A DNA stretch of 64,000 nucleotides from a virus: the IMG/VR virus record IMGVR_UViG_3300025949_000001, positions 32,001 through 96,000 of that record. One strand, written 5' to 3'. Position 1 is the first letter of the stretch. Every line of letters starts with the position of its first letter. The notes under the pieces were generated by a model. It saw nothing but the letters and a program-made list of their open reading frames with translations, had not been told where the DNA came from and made no database searches. Shown in pieces: positions 30,592 through 39,823 of this stretch. The translations under genes and the position numbers were made by a program.

Positions 30592-31362
30592 CTAGTCCAC
30601 CGGGACGCGGTACCTGAACTCGAAGCGGTCGCCCGCGCAGGCGAACACGGTCACCTCTACCGGACGGTCGTCCTGCGTGTAGAGGGTCCGCACCAGATCC
30701 ACGACGGGAGTGCCCGGGTGCAGCCGCAGCGCCGCCGCCTCGTCGGGCGTCGGCATCCGGGCCACCAGATCCTCCACCGCATAGGCCAGTGGCAGTCCCA
30801 GTTCGCGCTTGAGGTAGGCGTGCACGCCGCCCGGCACCTCTGCGGCGGTGCGCAGCACAGGGTCCTCGGCGAACTCCTGCGGGAAGTAGCTCAGCGCCAC
30901 CTGCGCCGGTTCCCCGTCGAGCGTCAGCATCACCCGGCGCAGCAGCAGCGCATCGCCTTCGCCGACCCCCAGCAGCTCGGCGACCTTCGTCGGCGCGGGT
31001 TCGAGGCGCGCCGTGGTGACCTCCTGGCCTCGCTCGAAGTCCTGCTTTTTCGCCTCGGCCTTCATCGGCGGCGTCCCCTCGGGTCGGCGCTGCGAGAGGT
31101 GTCGTGTCGATCCCTCGCGGCGCATTCGGCGCGGGTGCCGTACGAAGGTGCCTTTGCCCTGCCGGGTGACGACCAGTCCTTCGGACTCCAACTGGCCGAT
31201 GGCCTGCCGCACGGTACCCAGGGCGCTGCCGGACTCTTCGATCAACTCGCCGAGGGTCGGGAGTTTGTCGCCGTCGCGCAACTCCCCGCGCGTGATTCGC
31301 CTGCGCAGGCCGTTCGCGATCTGCGCATAGGCCGGCGTCGGGTCGCCCGGATTGACGGTCAC
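30592..31362 (-). CDS. GntR-family regulator with UTRA domain (KorSA-like)
   Basis: AYAQIANGLRRRITRGELRDGDKLPT...QGKGTFV. Confidence 0.9.
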   Translation of the reverse strand: MTVNPGDPTPAYAQIANGLRRRITRGELRDGDKLPTLGELIEESGSALGTVRQAIGQLESEGLVVTRQGKGTFVRHPRRMRREGSTRHLSQRRPEGTPPMKAEAKKQDFERGQEVTTARLEPAPTKVAELLGVGEGDALLLRRVMLTLDGEPAQVALSYFPQEFAEDPVLRTAAEVPGGVHAYLKRELGLPLAYAVEDLVARMPTPDEAAALRLHPGTPVVDLVRTLYTQDDRPVEVTVFACAGDRFEFRYRVPVD

Positions 31363-31450
31363 AACTCAACTCCCTGTCCTCGCCTTCTTTGAGTCTAGCG
31401 ACAGAGTTGACAGAGCCACACTTATAGAAGACTATCAGAGGTAGCACACC

Positions 31451-31714
31451 GTGAGAATCGATGCAAACGCAGCAACGGCAGCGAGGGAGGCGTCAGTGAG
31501 TAGCCCCAAGGCCCCGGCCGGATTCAACGAGCCGAGCTTCTCGGTGGGGGAGTTCGCCGACGCCATCGGCGTGCACCGCGTCACGGTGCGCCGCTGGATC
31601 AACCGGGGCCTTCTGGCGCACTGGCTGACCCCGACCGGGCGTGTCCGCATCCCGCAGAGCGCAGTCGACTCGGGCGTCAAGGTCCGGGCTGCCACCGAGA
31701 CGCACGCCGCATGA
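31451..31714 (+). CDS. Excisionase-like HTH protein
   Basis: FSVGEFADAIGVHRVTVRRWINRG...TPTGRVRIP; divergent from GntR. Confidence 0.8.
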   Translation: MRIDANAATAAREASVSSPKAPAGFNEPSFSVGEFADAIGVHRVTVRRWINRGLLAHWLTPTGRVRIPQSAVDSGVKVRAATETHAA

Positions 31715-33886
31715 ACACGAAAACGGCTCGGCTGGAGGGCGAACTCCAGCCGAGCCGACGATCCGCCACCTTGGAGGGAAACCGGATCATGCAGAGCCTA
31801 ACCGGAACCGACACCACCGCGCTCGCTCTGGCCGCGGCGGCCACCACCGCCTGCCAGGTGCTGCCCGGCTGCACCGTCGACCACGGCGACCCGGAGATCG
31901 GCGACGCCTTCCACTACACCCGCAACACCTGGACCGGCCCGATCGCCACCAACGTCGAGATCACCACCGACGGCGAGGTTGTCCTCGCGATCGGCAACGG
32001 CTCCGACCCCGAGCGCCTGGACGCCGACGAAACCGCCGCCCTGATCGCCGCCCTGATCGCGCACCGCGAGCGCATGAACAACCTGCGCGCCGAGATGACC
32101 GCGACGATCACGAACCGGGGCGCGCGATGACCATCCACGCGGCGAACACCAACACCCACTCCTGGCGCTGCCCCGCATGCGGCACCTGCAAAGCCGGCTA
32201 CCCCTCCCAGAGCGCCGCGCACCGCGCCGAAACCCGCCACGCCGACACCGCGCACCACAGCGCCGCAGCGAACGGCGGCGCGCGATGAACCCGAACACGC
32301 ACCCCGCTGCCACGCCTGCCATCGTTTCGCTGAACACCCTCGCCCGCTGGACCCCGGCCAACGCCGACGAACTGGCCCGCGTCCTGCAAGCCGTCCACAA
32401 CCACAGCGAGCACACCATCATCAGCGCGCTGCTCGACGTCCTGGACAACCTCGCCACCGCGGCGTTCGGCATGCAGGGCGTCAACCCCGAGCAGGCCCGG
32501 CTGATCGCCGGACACCTCGAGCGCGCCGGCCAGGGCATCGCCGCAGCAGCGGCCGACTGGATCGACCGGGCGCGCGAAGCCACCGGAGCGGAGTGGACGC
32601 GATGAGGCGCCCCCCGATCGCACTCGCCGCCGCGCGCCTCTACCTGCGCCTGTGGCCCCTCGCCGGCGTCTGCGGGCGCTGCGGACACCGCATCAGCGCC
32701 GACACGCACTCCGTCCTCGTGCTGCGCAACTACAAGACCCTGCGCCGCGTGCTGATCCACCAGGGGCCGTGCCCGCCGCAGCCCATGCAGAAGGAGTCCG
32801 CGCGATGAGGCGCCTGCTGCACGGCCTCGGCCGGTGGCGCGGCACCCACTGCGACACCTGCGGGCGGCGCATCGCCCCCAACCAGTCCGCCGTCGCCGGA
32901 CCCGGCAACACCCGGCTCGTGCACTACAACCCCGACCACTGCGACAGCGCGACCCGCCGGCCGCGCGACCGCCGCCGCGCAGCCCGTGTCGCCATGGCGG
33001 CCACCGCGATCCTCACCCTCGCCGCCATCGCCGTGCTGTTCCTCGACCACAACCGCGGCCACCACCGCCCCGAACTGGCCGCCATCGCCGCCACCGCGGT
33101 CGCGCTCAGTGCCGCGCAGATCATCGAACGGCGCCAGCACATCCGCCGCCTGGCCGACAACGACCCCGCCCTGCGCGAGATGACCCGCAAGGACAGTGAG
33201 CGATGAGAACCTACAAGCGCCTGATCGCGCAGACCCACGACATCAACGCCGAGTCCCCCGCGCAGGCCGACGAGATCGCCCACATCCGCGCCCGCGCCGT
33301 CGACACCATGCTGCGCGGCCTGAACATGGGCACCGCCTGGGCGCCCACCATCGCCGACGGCGCGAGCGGCGCCGACGAACTGGTGGACATCCTCGAAGGC
33401 ACGCACCTGGCCGACGAAGTCGACGACAATCCGGAGCGCAACCCGCGCCCCGGCTACGTCCCGATCGAGGACACGACGATCCCCGAGCGGCTGCTCGCCT
33501 GGCGCGACGCCGCGATCCAGCAGGCGCTGCGCGATGCGATCCCCGCCGCCACCCTCGACGACCTGCGCGCCATCCGCGAAGACGCCGCCGCGTCCATCAA
33601 CGACCCCGCCAGGCGCCTGGCCGCCCTGCACCGCATCGTCGCGACCGCGTCCCGGATCGCCGACGGGCTAGACCTAAGCGGCCTCGCCGGATGGCAAGAC
33701 GGGATCACCTGGTCGTGCGCGCACCACGGCGAGGCGGGCGACGACACCGAGCACTGCCCCACCTGCATCGAGATGGGCATCATCAGCGCCCCCGCCCCGA
33801 CGGCCAGCTCCAACGCCGCCGCCGCCGGATGGGGCGAGCCGCTGCCCGCGCACGCGTACAGCGACAGCGACGGGGAGGCGGACTGA
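31711..33886 (+). CDS. Run of AICE-like small hypothetical genes (including 33203-33886)
   Basis: ATGA-coupled ORFs; very strong C-ending codon bias. Confidence 0.55.
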
Positions 33887-33887
33887 G

Positions 33888-34754
33888 ATGACCACCACGA
33901 CCGCCACCCCGCCCGAACACGGCACCACCCGCCGCTACCGGCTCGGCTGCCACTGCCAGGAATGCCGCGCCGCCGCCGCCCGCCAAGCCAAAACCCGCGT
34001 CTACGCACACCACACCGGCACCTGGCGCGACCCCTACACCGACACCGCCCGCGCCTGCGAACACCTGCGCACCCTGACCGACGCCGGCCTCACCCTCAGC
34101 GAAATCGCCCGCCTGTCCGGCGTCAACCACGACACGCTGCGCACCATCACCGGCCGCCGCCGCGGCATCGAGCGCCGCCGCATCACCCGGGTCAACGAGC
34201 AGCGCATCCTCGCCGTACGCCTCGACCTGGACCGCCTGCCCCCGCACGCCCTAATCCCCGCCACCGCGACCCGCCGGCGCCTGCAAGCCCTCGCCGTCAC
34301 CGGCTGGAGCGCCGCCGTCCTGGCCGAGCGCGCCGGGGTGCAACAGCAGGCCCTGACCCTCCTGCGCTCCGGGCGCCAGCCGCTCGTGCGCGCCGGCACC
34401 GCCCGCGCGGTACGCGACCTGTTCGAGCGGCTGGCGTGCACGGACGCGCTGGGCCTGGTGCCGGACGCGGCGAAAGCGAAGCTCGTCAAGACCCTCGCAC
34501 GCCGCCGCGGCTGGGCCCCGGCTGCCGCATGGGACGAGGACACCATCGACGACCCCGCGGCCGAACCCGACCTCGGCGCCCGAACGCGCCGCCAGGACGC
34601 GATCGCGGAAGACGCCGCGTGGATCGCGCGCACCGAGGTCGCGGACCGCGACCTGATCGCCGCGCGCCTGGGCATCAGCCGCGACTACCTGGACCAGGCG
34701 CTCACCCGCGCCGCCCGCGAACCGGTCCGCGAGTTGGCGGGAGCGGCCCGATGA
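33888..34754 (+). CDS. Multi-HTH DNA-binding protein with N-terminal Zn motif
   Basis: HGTTRRYRLGCHCQECR; GLTLSEIARLSGV; RRRLQAL..GWS. Confidence 0.75.
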   Translation: MTTTTATPPEHGTTRRYRLGCHCQECRAAAARQAKTRVYAHHTGTWRDPYTDTARACEHLRTLTDAGLTLSEIARLSGVNHDTLRTITGRRRGIERRRITRVNEQRILAVRLDLDRLPPHALIPATATRRRLQALAVTGWSAAVLAERAGVQQQALTLLRSGRQPLVRAGTARAVRDLFERLACTDALGLVPDAAKAKLVKTLARRRGWAPAAAWDEDTIDDPAAEPDLGARTRRQDAIAEDAAWIARTEVADRDLIAARLGISRDYLDQALTRAAREPVRELAGAAR

Positions 34755-36248
34755 GCGGCATCGAAACCGGCCCGAGCCCCGCCGACATCGTCAACCGCGC
34801 CGCCGACGCGCTCGAGGCCGCAGGCAAGCCGCTGCTCGCACAAGCCGTAAGACTGCTCGCCGAACGCGCCGAGGACCTGGCCGTGGACGCCGAGCAGCTG
34901 CACGCCGCGCTCGCTGACGCGACGGAAGCAGCAGAAACCTGGGCCGCCGTCCACGCGCAGACCGAAGAGACGGCGGAAACCCGGGCCCGCATGTACCGGC
35001 TCGCCGCAGAGGACACCGCCCACTACCGCGAGACCCTCCAGCGCATCGCCAAGGCCACGAGTCTCGAGGACGCGCGGCGGATCGCGAACGGGGCGCTGTC
35101 ATGACCAGCCACCCGATCACCGCCGCACCGACCGTCACCAGCGGCTGCTGCGTGGCCTGTCAGGCAGGCCAAACGCGTGCCGCGTGCGACACCAGCCTGC
35201 CCGTCGTGCAGCGCGCCAGCATCACCGCGATCGCCCGACGCGCCCCGAACCCCGACATCCCCGGCTACCTGGCCGAGGCGGTCCCGGCATACCCGTCCAT
35301 CTAAGGAAACGATCATGACCGCGTACACCGACCGCCTCCTTGACGAGAACGACGACCTGACCCCGGACCCCGCGCTCGTGCGGCGCGTCGCAGCACGTGT
35401 CAAGGCGCACCTCGGCCACCGCCGCACCGGCAAGGTCATGTTCGACGACATCGTGGCCGCCATCCTCGCGGACCCCCAGCTCACGGCCGAGGTCGCCCGG
35501 CTCGACGACGGCGCGCGAGAACTGCTGCTTGACGACGTCCAGACCGAGATCGGCTGAGCGTGATGAACCGCAGGCAAACTCGGCCGCTGTGGCGCCGCTA
35601 CCTCAACAGCCTCATCGACACTCGGCGCCGCCACGCCAACTCTGCCCAGAGCGCGCACGCCGGCCCGCAGGAGTGCCTCGACGACCACCGGTCCTTGCCG
35701 CTGTGGCGCCGCGTCCTAGTCGGGCTGCTCGGCGTCCGACTCGAGCGCGAACACCGCCGGTCCTGACCGTCCACCGTGGCCGACCCGAACCCGACACCAA
35801 AGGAGCCATCCATGCCCGACCAGGAAGTCACCGTCATCACCGGCAACGGCGCCCAGACCAGCGGCCCCATGCCCCAGCGCGACGCCGAGATCGTCAAGGC
35901 ACTCGCCGAGATCAGCGGCAACATCGGGAACAGCAAACCCGCCAAGTAGCCGACCAGCCAGCCGCAGGCGACCAGCCCGGACCAGCAACCCCGAAAGGAA
36001 CACGATGCCCCGCAACACCAGCCGCCGCACCACCACCCCGGCCGACGCCCCGAACCCCACCCCCGAGAACGACCTCTACGACGACACCGACACCGACGAA
36101 ACCCAGGCCGCCACCGCGCGCGGCGGCCGGACCGTCATCAGCGCCGCCGCCCTCTTCGGGCGCAAGACCAAGTAGCCCACCAGGCGCCCGGCCGACCACC
36201 ACCGGCCGGGCCGACCATCCAACGACACCGCCGAAGGAGGCGAGACCG

Positions 36249-36539
36249 ATGCTCGCGATCACGCTCACACTGCTGGTTCTGGGCGCGCTGCTCGCCGCCT
36301 TCGGCACCGCCGGGTTCGCATTGAACTGGACGGCACCCGACCACGACAGCCTCCGGTACACCCAGGGCATCGCCAAGGCCGGGCGCCGGCTGTCCGCCGC
36401 CGGCCTGACGCTGTACGCCCTGCATTACGGCGCGAGCGGCCCGGCGCTGATTGCGCTGCTACTGGCCGCCGCGCTCGCACTCGCGACCTACCTCACTCGA
36501 ACAACGAGCACCTTATTGGCGGACGGTGGTGGCCGGTGA
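36249..36539 (+). CDS. Small membrane protein; last 16 codons supplied by the TnpB insertion
   Basis: Hydrophobic segments; GAAGGAGG RBS; TGA overlaps the tnpB GTG. Confidence 0.75.
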   Translation: MLAITLTLLVLGALLAAFGTAGFALNWTAPDHDSLRYTQGIAKAGRRLSAAGLTLYALHYGASGPALIALLLAAALALATYLTRTTSTLLADGGGR

Positions 36540-37786
36540 AGCAAGCAAAGAGGTTCCGGCTCTACCCGACGCCCACGCAGGAGCAGACCCTGCTCACGCA
36601 CTGCGCGCACGCCCGGTATGTGTGGAACCTGGCGATCGAGCAGCACTCCTGGTGGACGCCTCGGCGCGGACCTGCGCCGACGTTTGCGGCGCAGTGCCGC
36701 CAACTGACCGAGGCCCGCGCCGAGTTCGAATGGCTGCGCGAAGGCTCAGTAAACGTCCAGCAGCAGGCGCTGCGCGACTTCGACCAGGCTATGCGGCACT
36801 TTTTCAACCGTACCCACGGACGCCCCAGCTTCCGGAGTAAGCACCGCAACGAGGGGTTCCGCATCACCGACAGATGTGACGTGCAGAAACTCAACAGGCG
36901 CTGGGCGCAGGTGAGGATTCCCAAGATCGGATGGGTGCGCTTCCGGCTGTCCACGGCGCTCCTGCCGGACGCGAAGTCCTACCGGGTGACCTGCCGCAAC
37001 GGTCGGTGGCACGTGGCGTTCGCGGTCATTCCCGACCCGATCGAGCCGCCCGGTACCGGAGAACTGGTCGGGATCGACCGGGGCGTAACGATAACCGCCG
37101 CACTCTCGGACGGGCGCACCTTGAACTGCCCTCAGTCGAGCGTCAAAGAACAAGCCCGCGTTCGCAAGCATCAGCGTCGCGCAGCCCGCGCGCCGAAGGG
37201 CAGCGACGAGAAGGGCGCCGAGTACGCGCAAGTCGCCAAACTGAAGGCGCGCGAGGCGGACCGGCGCAAGGACTGGGTGGAGAAGACCAGCACGGATCTT
37301 GCGCGGCGTTTTGACCTGATCCGGTTCGAGAAGCTGAACATTCGGAACATGACCGCCTCGGCACGGGGAACCATCGAAGCGCCCGGCCGCAACGTCAGGC
37401 AGAAGTCCGGCCTGAACCGGGCGATCCTCGCCCAGGGCTGGGGGCAGCTTCGACTGCGCACCGGGCAAAAGGCGCCCGGCCGGGTTGAGGATGTCCCGGC
37501 GCCGTACACCTCGCTGCGATGCAGCGCCTGCGGGTGGATCGAGAAGGACTCGCGCAAGAGCCAAGCCGAGTTCGTCTGCGTGTCCTGCGGGTTCGCGTGC
37601 AACGCAGATGTGAATGCAGCAGTGAACGTCGCGGCGGGGCACGCCGCAGGGATGACGCCGTGCCAGCGGCCGAGCATCCGTGGACCTCGGCCCGTACGGG
37701 CCGGAATCCTGCCTAGAGCGCAGGAGGGTGCCAACTACCTGACCGCCACCACCAACACCATCGTCCCGAGCGGAGCCACGCCGTGA
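36536..37786 (+). CDS. tnpB: RNA-guided endonuclease TnpB (solitary, no TnpA)
   Basis: FRLYPT HTH; RuvC GIDRG / RFEKL / NADVNAA; CSAC-CVSC zinc ribbon. Confidence 0.95.
   Translation: MKQAKRFRLYPTPTQEQTLLTHCAHARYVWNLAIEQHSWWTPRRGPAPTFAAQCRQLTEARAEFEWLREGSVNVQQQALRDFDQAMRHFFNRTHGRPSFRSKHRNEGFRITDRCDVQKLNRRWAQVRIPKIGWVRFRLSTALLPDAKSYRVTCRNGRWHVAFAVIPDPIEPPGTGELVGIDRGVTITAALSDGRTLNCPQSSVKEQARVRKHQRRAARAPKGSDEKGAEYAQVAKLKAREADRRKDWVEKTSTDLARRFDLIRFEKLNIRNMTASARGTIEAPGRNVRQKSGLNRAILAQGWGQLRLRTGQKAPGRVEDVPAPYTSLRCSACGWIEKDSRKSQAEFVCVSCGFACNADVNAAVNVAAGHAAGMTPCQRPSIRGPRPVRAGILPRAQEGANYLTATTNTIVPSGATP
37600..37754 (+). ncRNA. Predicted omega/reRNA; scaffold ends about 37734, guide from 37735
   Basis: Hairpins ending GGAATCCTGC...GCAGGAGGGTGCCAA, resembling IS605 right ends; 5' boundary is a guess. 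Confidence 0.6.
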
Positions 37787-38409
37787 ACCTCATCCCCAAC
37801 CGCTGGCGCCGCGACCCGCGCCGGGCAGCCAAGAACATCTACTTCGCCATCGAAGAAAACCCCCGCACCGAGGCCGCCCGCGACACCCTGCGCCACAGCA
37901 GCGACCCCGCGCAGCGCTACCACGCCCTCGACTTCCTCGCCGAGCGCGAACTGAGCCTCTACCGCACCCACGACGGCGCGTTCGGCCACCAGCCCTGGGC
38001 TGACGACATCGCCGGGGACGCCGCGACCGGTCTCGCCTACGGCGTGATGGCCCTGCGGCTGCTGCGCGCCCTCGAATGGGGCCGCACGGCCCAGCGGTCC
38101 TGGCGCTCCCACTGGCAGCCGATCGCCTGGGGCCGCGTCGACCTCACCGCTGCCGAGCAGGCGCTCGCCGACGCGTGCGGCCCGCTGCTCGACCTGCTGT
38201 CCAACGAGGACCCGACCGAGATCGCGGTGCTGTACACGCGCCTGTGGATCGCCGCCTACCCGATCATCGGCGGCCAAGCGGCCGAATGGATCGCGGTGCT
38301 CGGCAACGACTGGCAGTGCCGCGCCGCCGGGGTGCAGGACGGCCCCGACACCATCCTCACGATCCCGGACGCCCGCTACAGCCCGGACGCCACCCCCAAC
38401 CCCGCATAG
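37783..38409 (+). CDS. Hypothetical protein
   Basis: GTGA-coupled; codon bias. Confidence 0.7.
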   Translation: MNLIPNRWRRDPRRAAKNIYFAIEENPRTEAARDTLRHSSDPAQRYHALDFLAERELSLYRTHDGAFGHQPWADDIAGDAATGLAYGVMALRLLRALEWGRTAQRSWRSHWQPIAWGRVDLTAAEQALADACGPLLDLLSNEDPTEIAVLYTRLWIAAYPIIGGQAAEWIAVLGNDWQCRAAGVQDGPDTILTIPDARYSPDATPNPA

Positions 38410-38419
38410 GAGTCCAGCC

Positions 38420-38608
38420 ATGGCCAAGCCCAAGTACGTGATCACCGCGACCGACAAGGACGGCAAGTCCCTCAGCGCCGTCGACCGCGCGCTCGGCGTC
38501 GTCGGAGGCGCCACCGTCTACAGCGACGACGACCTCGCCAAGCGCCTCGCCGACCTGCCGACCCACCCCGACGTCACCGTCACGATCCGCAACGCCAACG
38601 ACTGCTGA
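38420..38608 (+). CDS. Small hypothetical protein
   Basis: AGGAG RBS; codon bias. Confidence 0.65.
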   Translation: MAKPKYVITATDKDGKSLSAVDRALGVVGGATVYSDDDLAKRLADLPTHPDVTVTIRNANDC

Positions 38609-38893
38609 CCCGAAGACTCCCCGCGCGCGTCCAGGCGCGGCGCGGGAAACCTGCCACCGCGCTAACGGCGGCAGAGCGCCCGGCCCCGAATCGTGAACCC
38701 CTCCACATCGATTCGGGGCCGGGCAACCACCACATTCAGAAACAACACCAGAAACAAACCGAACCCTGATTCACCGCCACGGAAAACGTCCGGAGAGGAG
38801 CGTACTGTGGATATCAACAATGCAGCGTCGGACCAGTGCGCTAACACCGATCCGACGCCGACTAACACGAGCCGCTATCCAGGAGCGACCAGC

Positions 38894-39823
38894 GTGCCTA
38901 CGGCAGAGAATAACCGCGCGCCCAAGGGCAAGCGAACCCGCCACGACGACGCGCCCACCCCCGACGCGCCCGGCGACGTCATGGCCGTCCTACGGCACGG
39001 CGGAACCGCCGCCCTCGCCTGCGCCGCAGCCAGCTCCGCCGTCTCCCTGTACTGGCTCGCGATCCTCGTCGGCTGGCCCGCCGCCCTCGCCTGGCTGCTG
39101 CCGGCGAGCCTCGACGTGTACGCCGGCACCAGCCTCTACGTCGGGTACCGCCTACCGGTGCGCCACCCGGCCGCAAGGACTGCGCGGCGCAACGCCCGCT
39201 TCGCGCTGTCCCTCTCAGTCGCCTGCAACGCGATCTATCACGCGCTCGTCCTGTTCGGCACTGCGTGGCCGACCTGGGTCCACGACTCGCTCCTCGTCGC
39301 GGTTTCAGCGCTCCCGCCGATCGTGGTGGAACGCCTGCTGCACCTGCGTTCCAAGGTCGACACTGGAACCCCCGCAGCGGGTTTCGGGACCGTTCCAGCG
39401 CCGCGCGCTGAAATCCCGCAGCAGGTTCCACGCGAACGTCCCGCAACTGCGGCCCTCCGTCCCACTGGAACCCCCGCAGCGGTACCGCCGCCAGTTGCGC
39501 GACCCCAGGTTCCGGTTCCAGCCGCGCCGGCGGCACAGGTCCCGCAACCCGCGACCGCGGGTGTGGACGGAACCGAACTACCGGCTCTCGGGGAGCGCCG
39601 CGACCTGGTCGCCGCACAGCTGGAGACCGTGAAGGAACTCGTGCGCGAGCACGGCCCGGAGGTCACCCTCTCCACGATCATGGCGCGCACCGGGTGCAGC
39701 AAGTCCACCGCAAGCCGCCGCCGGGCCGACGCCATCGACGCGTTGAAAACCGAGGCGCGAGCGCACCGGGAGCCCGGCGCAGAACCGGCCGACGAACCCG
39801 AACGAGACGGCGAGGTCGCCTGA
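38894..39823 (+). CDS. DUF2637/Spd-like membrane protein with C-terminal HTH
   Basis: LAWLLPASLDVYA, SVACNAIYH, VSALPPIV; lies upstream of TraB; start uncertain. Confidence 0.7.
   Translation: MPTAENNRAPKGKRTRHDDAPTPDAPGDVMAVLRHGGTAALACAAASSAVSLYWLAILVGWPAALAWLLPASLDVYAGTSLYVGYRLPVRHPAARTARRNARFALSLSVACNAIYHALVLFGTAWPTWVHDSLLVAVSALPPIVVERLLHLRSKVDTGTPAAGFGTVPAPRAEIPQQVPRERPATAALRPTGTPAAVPPPVARPQVPVPAAPAAQVPQPATAGVDGTELPALGERRDLVAAQLETVKELVREHGPEVTLSTIMARTGCSKSTASRRRADAIDALKTEARAHREPGAEPADEPERDGEVA

Noticed and set aside
26884-31392. 1502-aa + strand ORF
   Set aside because: Antisense shadow of the minus-strand NUDIX, ATPase and GntR genes; long stop-free frames are expected at this GC content.
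36496-36508. CTCG-AACAA-CGAG as an IS605 left-end hairpin or SOS box
   Set aside because: Only 4 bp of stem and half a LexA site; kept as the main alternative to the homing model but not supportable as a feature.
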